From positions 28,903-92,902 of the forward strand of contig CAYOSS010000001.1 of the NCBI GenBank assembly GCA_964406705.1: a DNA stretch of 64,000 nucleotides. Direction: 5' to 3'. The stretch comes from an uncultured Eubacteriales bacterium. GTDB lineage: Bacteria; Bacillota; Clostridia; Oscillospirales; Acutalibacteraceae. The notes beneath the pieces were generated by a model. That model ran no database searches and was not told the DNA's origin. It saw only the letters and a list, made by a program, of their open reading frames with translations. Within the stretch, counting starts at the first letter, position 1, and every line of letters begins with the position of its first letter. This document shows, in pieces, positions 58,173 to 64,000 of this stretch. A program made the position numbers and the translations under genes.

Positions 58173-58715
58173 TTATCTGCGCGCCTTTAGCGCGGAATCC
58201 GAAACCTTTTTGAAGAATTTTACCTTATACAGTAAGAATAATATCACCGTCTGTACCGCGAAATCCGCGGCGGAGGAGACCAGCCTCGTCACAAAGAAGT
58301 ACGAGAATGCCTTGCCCGCCGTAAGCGAGATCCAGAATGTGTTTAAGAACAGGCTCAGGACAAACTGGTTCACGAACGCGCAAACGGCGATCCTCAAGAA
58401 TGCCGCGAGGGTCCCGTACCGGGGAAGATCTTTCAGGCACAGCCCGTAGCATATGCCCATTAAGACCGCCGTAAAAGTGAACCCCGGGAAATACGCCCCG
58501 GTAGGTAACACAAGCGCCCCGATGATGTCTCCCAAGGCGCAAACAACAACCGCTCCGGGGATCCCGTACAGCACCGCGACTATCGCCACGGGGATAAAGG
58601 CGAACCCGAACCGCACAACGGGCGTGTTGATCGAGAGGAACCGGGACAGAACGACTTGCAGAGCTAACAGAACAGCGCATACGGCAATAGATACAGGGGA
58701 GAATTTTTTCTTCAT
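58173..58715 (-). CDS. folT: ECF-transporter S component, folate family
   Basis: A 180-aa, 6-TM protein. MKKKFSPVSIAVCAVLLALQVVLSRF... resembles FolT. It lies directly downstream of a THF riboswitch. Confidence 0.7.
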   Translation of the reverse strand: MKKKFSPVSIAVCAVLLALQVVLSRFLSINTPVVRFGFAFIPVAIVAVLYGIPGAVVVCALGDIIGALVLPTGAYFPGFTFTAVLMGICYGLCLKDLPRYGTLAAFLRIAVCAFVNQFVLSLFLNTFWISLTAGKAFSYFFVTRLVSSAADFAVQTVILFLLYKVKFFKKVSDSALKARR

Positions 58716-58723
58716 TACAGAAA

Positions 58724-58894
58724 CCTCCTTATTATCTCACGCTCTAAAATAATAAGGAGAATTCTCTTCTATATTATTTTACCAGCGGGATGCGGCTCGC
58801 AAACCGCAGGTAAACCTTTTCGTCCCGAGGGCAACTCCCCGTCCCCCGGGCACTCACGGCGCCACGCGCCGTTACGCTTGCGAGCCTACTCTGG
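58724..58894 (-). promoter_or_regulatory. THF (tetrahydrofolate) riboswitch with an SD-sequestering expression platform
   Basis: The minus-strand RNA reads CCAGAGUAG-GCUCGCAA-GCGUAAC...GGGAC...ACGAAAAGG...UUGCGAGCC-GCAUCCCGCUGG. This matches the P1/P2 pairing and the conserved AGUAG, GCGU(U)AA and GCAUCCGCU blocks of the THF aptamer. Downstream, CUCCUUAUUAU (plus-strand 58748-58759) is complementary to the SD region AUAAUAAGGAG (58724-58735). Confidence 0.85.
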
Positions 58895-58972
58895 CCGACT
58901 TTTATCGGCTGATTTCGGGGCCGCATCTCGTGCGATACTGCCCCATTTTACCTATATATTCCGATTGCTCGG

Positions 58973-59560
58973 TTATTTTACCGGGTCAAAATTCTTGTAA
59001 ACCTCCACCGGGTGATCGGGCGGTGTGTAACTTTCTATATAGTCGAGCGCGTTCGTGGGGTCGCCCGTGATGTAGAGCAGCTCCTTGGGGCTCTCCGCCG
59101 CGACAAAGTTCTCAGACACCGCCTTGTCTAAAAATGAGAGCAGCGGGTCGTAATAGCCACCGGCGTTGAACAGTACCAAGGGCTTGCGGACCCTGCCCAG
59201 CTGCCTCAGGGCGTAGATCTCGAAGAACTCGTCAAACGTCCCGATACCCCCCGGCGCCGCCACGAACGCGTCGGAATTGTCCTCCATAAACTGCTTGCGC
59301 TGGCGCATCGTGCGGGGCTTGTGAATGTCGTCGCAATCTGCGAACAGCACCCCGTCCGGGAAGAAGGTGGGGACGACACCCACCACATAGCCGTGGTGCT
59401 TCTTTGCTCCCCTCGCGGTGGCGCCCATCACTCCCGCGTCTCCTCCGCCGAAAACGAGGGAATGCCCGCGCTTCGCTATCTCCTCACCCAAGGCGGTCGC
59501 CGACAAAATATACTTCTCTGGGATAGTGTCGCTGGCGGCGCCGTAAACGCAAATCCTCAA
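58973..59560 (-). CDS. LOG family (TIGR00730) nucleotide phosphoribohydrolase-like protein
   Basis: PGGIGTFDEFFE motif and GGGDAGVMG. TTG start overlaps the ilvE stop. Confidence 0.8.
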   Translation of the reverse strand: MRICVYGAASDTIPEKYILSATALGEEIAKRGHSLVFGGGDAGVMGATARGAKKHHGYVVGVVPTFFPDGVLFADCDDIHKPRTMRQRKQFMEDNSDAFVAAPGGIGTFDEFFEIYALRQLGRVRKPLVLFNAGGYYDPLLSFLDKAVSENFVAAESPKELLYITGDPTNALDYIESYTPPDHPVEVYKNFDPVK

Positions 59561-60642
59561 TACTTCTCCCCCGCACCGGGCTCAACGGGGTAGGTCCAGC
59601 CGTACTTGTCCGGCTTGGTGCCCCACTGGATCCCGGTAAGCTCGTCGTAAAGCATCTGGGTGACGGGGCCGATTTCGCCGCCGTTCACCGTGTAATCGTT
59701 GCCCGCGAAACGCAGCAGCCCTATGGGGGATACCACGGCGGCGGTACCCGTGCCGAACGCTTCCTCTAAAGTGCCGTCCTTCGCGGCACCGAGCAGCTCC
59801 TCTACCGAGAGAAGCCGTTCCTCCACGGGAATGCCCTTATCCTTCAGTACCGCGATGCAGGACCGTCTGGTGATCCCCGGCAGGACGCTGCCCGTGAGCT
59901 TGGGGGTGACAACCTTGCCGGAAATCTTGAACATCACGTTCATACTCCCGACTTCCTCAACGTACTTGCGCTCCACGCCGTCGATCCAGAGCACCTGAGT
60001 GAACCCCTCGCGCTCAGCTTTAGCGCCGGCTCGGTTGCTGGCGGCGTAGTTGCCCCCGCATTTGGCGTAGCCCGTCCCGCCGCGGACGGCCCGAACATCG
60101 TCCTTCTCGATCATTATCTTAACGGGGTTGATGCCCTCTTTATAATAACTGCCCACCGGGGACAAGATGATGAGGAACATCGCGTTCTTCACCTCGTGGA
60201 CGCCCAAGGTGTCGTCAACACCGATGAGGAAGGGACGTATGTAGAGCGAGGTCCCCGGCGTGTGAGGGACCCAGTCGCGCTCCAAGTCCACAAGGGTGAG
60301 CAGGGCTTTCATAAAGTCCTCCTCTTTCAGAAGAGGAAGCTGCAGCCTGTCCGCCGAGTCGTTCATACGGCGGAAGTTGTCGAGCGGGCGGAAGAGCTGG
60401 ATCTCCCCGTCCGGCCGGCGGTAGGCTTTAAGTCCCTCAAAGACCTCCGCTCCGTAGTGGAAAACCGTAGCCGCCGGGGGGAGTGTCAGAGGCCCGTAAG
60501 GGACAATCCTTGCGTCGTGCCAGCCCTTGTCGGCGGAGTAATCCATAATAAACATATGATCCGTGAAATACTGCCCGAAGCCCAACTCCTGCTCGTTGTA
60601 CTTTGGCTTTCTCTCCTGTACAAGTCGCTTTTCGATAAGCAT
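59557..60642 (-). CDS. ilvE: Branched-chain amino acid aminotransferase
   Basis: Class IV aminotransferase blocks FEGLKAYR, TGYAKCGGNYA, LPGITR and GTGTAAVVSPI. Confidence 0.9.
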   Translation of the reverse strand: MLIEKRLVQERKPKYNEQELGFGQYFTDHMFIMDYSADKGWHDARIVPYGPLTLPPAATVFHYGAEVFEGLKAYRRPDGEIQLFRPLDNFRRMNDSADRLQLPLLKEEDFMKALLTLVDLERDWVPHTPGTSLYIRPFLIGVDDTLGVHEVKNAMFLIILSPVGSYYKEGINPVKIMIEKDDVRAVRGGTGYAKCGGNYAASNRAGAKAEREGFTQVLWIDGVERKYVEEVGSMNVMFKISGKVVTPKLTGSVLPGITRRSCIAVLKDKGIPVEERLLSVEELLGAAKDGTLEEAFGTGTAAVVSPIGLLRFAGNDYTVNGGEIGPVTQMLYDELTGIQWGTKPDKYGWTYPVEPGAGEKY

Positions 60643-60693
60643 TTTTATTGCCCCCTCGTATAATATCCCCGGTGTCTCGCGCCTACGTGAGAT

Positions 60694-60722
60694 ATTTTAC
60701 CACAACAGCCCCCGCTTGTCAA
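60694..60722 (-). promoter_or_regulatory. Sigma-A promoter of ilvE
   Basis: On the minus strand: TTGACA, 17 nt, TAAAAT, with a TGG extended -10. Confidence 0.65.
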
Positions 60723-60730
60723 ATGAAAAC

Positions 60731-60778
60731 GGGAAAATTCGGGGCGGAGCCCGCAAGACGGCAGAGAGCCGCCCCGAA
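60731..60778 (-). terminator. Rho-independent terminator after the 261-aa hypothetical gene
   Basis: On the minus strand: TTCGGGGCGG...CCGCCCCGAA followed by TTTTCCC. Confidence 0.75.
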
Positions 60779-60779
60779 A

Positions 60780-61565
60780 CTACCCTGCCTTCTCGCCATC
60801 TCCGTATTTCACTTTGTGTTCGCCGTCAATTAGGATCTCGAACGAAACGCCGCTCCCATACTTCTCTAACAGCCGCCCCTCGAGCCGCTCCAACCCCGCG
60901 TAAACGTCGGCTCTCTCGGCGCCGGTAAGCTTTGCAAGCTTATAATCGTAAGCTCGGATATATATTAAGAAGTCGTACAGGTCGCTGCCAAGGTAATTCT
61001 TCGCTGAAACAGTATCGGCGGTGAACCAGGGCTGCTTTAAGAGCTTATCGTAAAAACCCTTTGGCGGGTTGCCGCCCTCGTATGACATCTCCGCCGAAAA
61101 GCAGGCCGCCTCGTTCTCGGGATACACCTCGCGGACGAGCTCCATCACCTCGTCGCCTATTATCGCGAATGAGATATCCATCAGTTCCCGCGCCAGCGCC
61201 TGCCTGCCGGAAAACCTCTTCCAAAAGCGGAACTTGTACTTGTTCCTGCTGATCCTGTAAATGTGATCGGTTATCCGCCAGATTTCCTCGCCGTTCGCTC
61301 CGGACCGCCTGATGTACCAGTTTTTGAATTTGCCCGGATATTCGCCCGAAAGCGCGGGGTTTGAATAGGACACGACGTAATCGGAATAAATGAGGCTGTC
61401 CTTCGTCTCCTCCGAAACTACTTCCCAGCCGCCCTTGCCGAAAAAGCCGTCCAACTCATTCCGGTAGCGCGCGGGCCAGTTCCGGCTGTACACGCTCCAA
61501 CCCACGCCCCCGGCGACGAGGAGCAGAGCGAGACCGAGGATCAGGATTCTGACTCTTTTCGGCAC
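60780..61565 (-). CDS. Membrane-anchored hypothetical protein (261 aa)
   Basis: N-terminal TM ILILGLALLLVAGGVGWSV. No recognised motif. GTG start. Confidence 0.5.
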   Translation of the reverse strand: MPKRVRILILGLALLLVAGGVGWSVYSRNWPARYRNELDGFFGKGGWEVVSEETKDSLIYSDYVVSYSNPALSGEYPGKFKNWYIRRSGANGEEIWRITDHIYRISRNKYKFRFWKRFSGRQALARELMDISFAIIGDEVMELVREVYPENEAACFSAEMSYEGGNPPKGFYDKLLKQPWFTADTVSAKNYLGSDLYDFLIYIRAYDYKLAKLTGAERADVYAGLERLEGRLLEKYGSGVSFEILIDGEHKVKYGDGEKAG

Positions 61566-61605
61566 GAAGAAATCACCAAGCCTTTGGGCAGTTTAATGAC
61601 GCAGA

Positions 61606-62499
61606 CTATAGCGCGCGGGCACCCGGCGCGGAAATCCGCCCCCGCCGCATATGGAGGAATACATACTGCTGTACGACGCCCGCGAGCTCGCCGAAAAGCG
61701 GGAACGGGTCCCGCCCGGCGCAGGTCTCCGTAACAAATTTTTTGATCCATACGTCGCGCGGCACAAGCCCGGTGCGCCCGTACGCGAAAAGCGCGACGCA
61801 GGCCGCCACCTTCTCCCCCACCCCGCGAACCGTCATCAGCGACTCCAACAGCCTCTCATCGCTGCGACCGTAAAGTGAGACAAGGCTCAGCCGCCCGGAG
61901 CAAACTTCTTCGATGGCCGAGAGTACATACCCCGCGCGGTAGCCCGGTCCGCATTTTGCCAATTCCTCCTCGGTAGCCGTCGCGCACTCGCTCGGTTGAG
62001 GGAAGAGATATAGCTTCTTGCCGCCGTCGGTGACGGGCTCGCCGTACCTCGCCGCGAACCTCTCCACGCAGGTTTTAATGGCGGGGATGGATTTTCGCTG
62101 CGAGAAGATAAACGACACCAGCGTCTCCCAGGGGTCCTGTCGGAGGATCCGCAAGCCCTCGCCGGCGGTTACAGCTTCCCTCAAAAAAGGCAACCCCGGG
62201 CCGTAAGCCTCGGGGTCGGGTACATTTTCGATTATACGGATAATATCGCGGCGCACAGAGCGGTAGTCGCGCTCCAAGTCAAAATACCGCGACCAGAATG
62301 CTTCCCAGTCGTCGGCGCCGCAGGACGCCTCAAACCCGCAGCTCCCGGTAAACTCACCGTTCCAGGCGTTCCTAATGCGCAGCACCCGACGCCCCGCGAT
62401 GAAGCGGTACCACCCGTCCGTGAGACGGGCACACCTGAAGACCTGGCCGCTTTCGGCTATATGCTCTAAATTAAATTCATCGGCAATCTTAACAAGCAC
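61606..62499 (-). CDS. ogg: HhH-GPD DNA glycosylase, 8-oxoguanine glycosylase/lyase (Ogg)-like
   Basis: HhH-GPD element VRGVGEKVAACVALF...VPRDVWI, with an Ogg-like N-terminus ESGQVFR. GTG start. Confidence 0.7.
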   Translation of the reverse strand: MLVKIADEFNLEHIAESGQVFRCARLTDGWYRFIAGRRVLRIRNAWNGEFTGSCGFEASCGADDWEAFWSRYFDLERDYRSVRRDIIRIIENVPDPEAYGPGLPFLREAVTAGEGLRILRQDPWETLVSFIFSQRKSIPAIKTCVERFAARYGEPVTDGGKKLYLFPQPSECATATEEELAKCGPGYRAGYVLSAIEEVCSGRLSLVSLYGRSDERLLESLMTVRGVGEKVAACVALFAYGRTGLVPRDVWIKKFVTETCAGRDPFPLFGELAGVVQQYVFLHMRRGRISAPGARAL

Positions 62500-62506
62500 C
62501 GCCGTG

Positions 62507-63106
62507 CTATTTCACCCGGTGCACGATGTATTCCGCCACGCCCTCGATATCGCAGCTGTTTACCACTATATCGGACAGCGACTTATTCTCAGGGTGAAGG
62601 CGGATCTTCCCGTCGGGGTCGGAGAAGTAACGCTTGAGGGTGTTCTCGTTATCGACCACGGCGACCACTATATCGCCGTTTTGGGCGGTCTCGCCCCTGC
62701 GGGCCAGCACAAGATCTCCGGGAGAGATCCCGGCGTCGATCATAGAGTTGCCGTTGGCGCGCAGCGCGAAGAAATCCCCCGAACGAAGCAGGGACTCGGG
62801 CATAGAAATGTAGCTCTCAACCACTTCCTCCGCGCCGGTGGGAGTCCCGCACACCACGGTGCCCACCACGGGGACGCTGACTGTGTTGAGATCAATCGAT
62901 TCCATAAGAGGCGTGCGAATGGTAACGCCGTCGTAGCTGAGCTCGCCGCTCTCGGTGTACTCCATCAGGTAGCGGCGGACGGTGCTCTTGGTGCTTCCCA
63001 CCACCTCGGACAGCTCCCTGAGATTGGGAGACCGTCTGTTCTCAAGGTAAAACTCATCCGCCGCGACACGAACGCGCTCTTTCAATGCCTGGTTTTTCGG
63101 ACGCAT
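62507..63106 (-). CDS. lexA: LexA repressor (S24 peptidase)
   Basis: N-terminal wHTH. Cleavage/catalytic elements: GNSM (Ser), TLKRY (Lys) and GDLVLA. Confidence 0.88.
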   Translation of the reverse strand: MRPKNQALKERVRVAADEFYLENRRSPNLRELSEVVGSTKSTVRRYLMEYTESGELSYDGVTIRTPLMESIDLNTVSVPVVGTVVCGTPTGAEEVVESYISMPESLLRSGDFFALRANGNSMIDAGISPGDLVLARRGETAQNGDIVVAVVDNENTLKRYFSDPDGKIRLHPENKSLSDIVVNSCDIEGVAEYIVHRVK

Positions 63107-63142
63107 AACTTCGCTCGCCTCCCAAAAGCAGGAATAAATATA

Positions 63143-63219
63143 TGGCGCGCTTGAAGGGACTCGAACCCCCGACCTACTGGTTCGTAGCCAGTCACTCTGT
63201 CCAGCTGAGCTACAAGCGC
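63143..63219 (-). tRNA. tRNA-Arg (anticodon ACG)
   Basis: The minus strand reads GCGCUUG-UAGCUCAGCUGGACAGAG-UGACUGG-CUACGAA-CCAGUAG-GUCGGGGGUUCGAGUCCCUU-CAAGCGC-G-CCA. It shows the cloverleaf, the T-loop GGUUCGAGUCC and an encoded CCA. Confidence 0.92.
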
Positions 63220-63232
63220 ATATTGTACTATT

Positions 63233-63261
63233 ATATTACCACAGCACGTATAGAAAATCAA
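63233..63261 (-). promoter_or_regulatory. Sigma-A promoter upstream of tRNA-Arg (and probably lexA)
   Basis: On the minus strand: TTGATT, 17 nt, TAATAT, with a TGG extended -10. The -10 ends about 13 nt before the tRNA 5' end. Confidence 0.55.
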
Positions 63262-63315
63262 GTGGTTTTTAGGAAAAATTTAACTTGAGAGAAAAATGTG
63301 TCCCGCAAACGCCTG

Positions 63316-64000
63316 CTATTCCCCGGCGTACCCGCGCGGGTTGTTTTTCTGCCAGTTCCAGGAATCCCGGCACATATCGTCGATGGTCTTCTCCGCCCGC
63401 CAATGAAGCACCCGGCGAGCTTTATCCGCGTTGGCGTACGCTCTCGCGGAGTCCCCGGGGCGGCGGGGGTCTATCACATACGGGATTTTAACTCCGTTGA
63501 CCCGCTCGAACGCGTCTTTCAGCTGGAGGACGCTGCACCCGTTCCCCGTGCCGAGGTTGAACGCCTCGCAGCCCGTGTTACGAAGCGCCCACTCCACGGC
63601 GTGGACGTGTCCCTTAGCCAAATCAACCACATGGATATAGTCCCTGATCCCGGTACCGTCCGGCGTGGGGTAGTCGTTGCCGAAAACGTGGAGCTTCTCG
63701 AGCCGCCCCGCCGCGACCTGCGTGATATAGGGCATCAGGTTATTGGGGATCCCGTTGGGGTCCTCGCCTATGGTGCCGCTCTCATGCGCCCCGATCGGGT
63801 TAAAGTACCGCAAAAGCGCCACGCACCAGTCAGAGTCGGACGCCGCGAGGTCCGTCAGGATATGTTCTATGAACAGCTTTGTGCGCCCGTAGGGGTTGAT
63901 AGCGCCGAGGGGCATAGTCTCCACAAGGGGCATAACGTCCGTGACCCCGTACACCGTCGCGGAGGAGGAGAAAACTATCTTCTTGCAGCCGTGCCGGCGC
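63316..64000 (-). CDS. galE: UDP-glucose 4-epimerase, 5'-truncated by the window edge
   Basis: YGRTK (YxxxK), LRYFNPIGAH and DYIHVVDLA. The frame continues open to 64000 (..KKIVFSSSATVYG..). Confidence 0.88.
   Translation of the reverse strand, partial: RRHGCKKIVFSSSATVYGVTDVMPLVETMPLGAINPYGRTKLFIEHILTDLAASDSDWCVALLRYFNPIGAHESGTIGEDPNGIPNNLMPYITQVAAGRLEKLHVFGNDYPTPDGTGIRDYIHVVDLAKGHVHAVEWALRNTGCEAFNLGTGNGCSVLQLKDAFERVNGVKIPYVIDPRRPGDSARAYANADKARRVLHWRAEKTIDDMCRDSWNWQKNNPRGYAGE

Noticed and set aside
60643-60693. T-box or other leader upstream of ilvE
   Set aside because: The promoter at 60694-60722 leaves a leader of only about 45 nt. That is too short for a T-box, and there is no specifier or terminator structure.
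63107-63142. SOS (Cheo) box in front of lexA
   Set aside because: The spacer has no GAAC..GTTC-like palindrome. This is reported instead as an open question in finding 11.

Overview
This is a 64-kb chromosomal window of roughly 60% GC by eye. Gene content and order point to a Clostridia-type Firmicute: dnaG-rpoD, recJ-relA-dtd-hemZ, a SpoVB-like flippase with hup and a yabO-like S4 gene, glgBCDA including glgD, GGAGG-type ribosome-binding sites, and many TTGACA-17-TATAAT promoters. This taxonomic call is an inference. Most of the window is housekeeping, and I found no defence, toxin, CRISPR or complete mobile-element content. Five regions stand out. (1) 83-5959 encodes a membrane-anchored protein of about 1958 aa. 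It has 8 copies of an unassigned domain of about 170 aa, alternating with His/Cys double-CxxC knuckles. (2) 6128-16327 is a tightly packed 10-gene cytoplasmic operon. It holds five Gfo/Idh/MocA oxidoreductases, three xylose-isomerase-like TIM barrels, a ThuA/ThuB-like pair and an unassigned glycosidase-like protein, with no transporter, kinase or regulator. I regard it as the best candidate for an undescribed system, possibly oxidative 3-keto glycoside or C-glycoside cleavage. (3) A THF riboswitch (58724-58894, minus strand) heads a string of folT, a NitT/TauT-type ABC transporter, proC and maa. (4) A degenerate repeat array with a period of about 37 nt lies in a convergent intergenic region (54115-54300). 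(5) An orphan tyrosine recombinase sits between a GH43 and a GH2 gene, with divergent consensus promoters. Several track ORF starts were trimmed where promoters, terminators or ribosome-binding sites fall inside the long ORF. All product calls come from motif recognition by eye; no searches were run.
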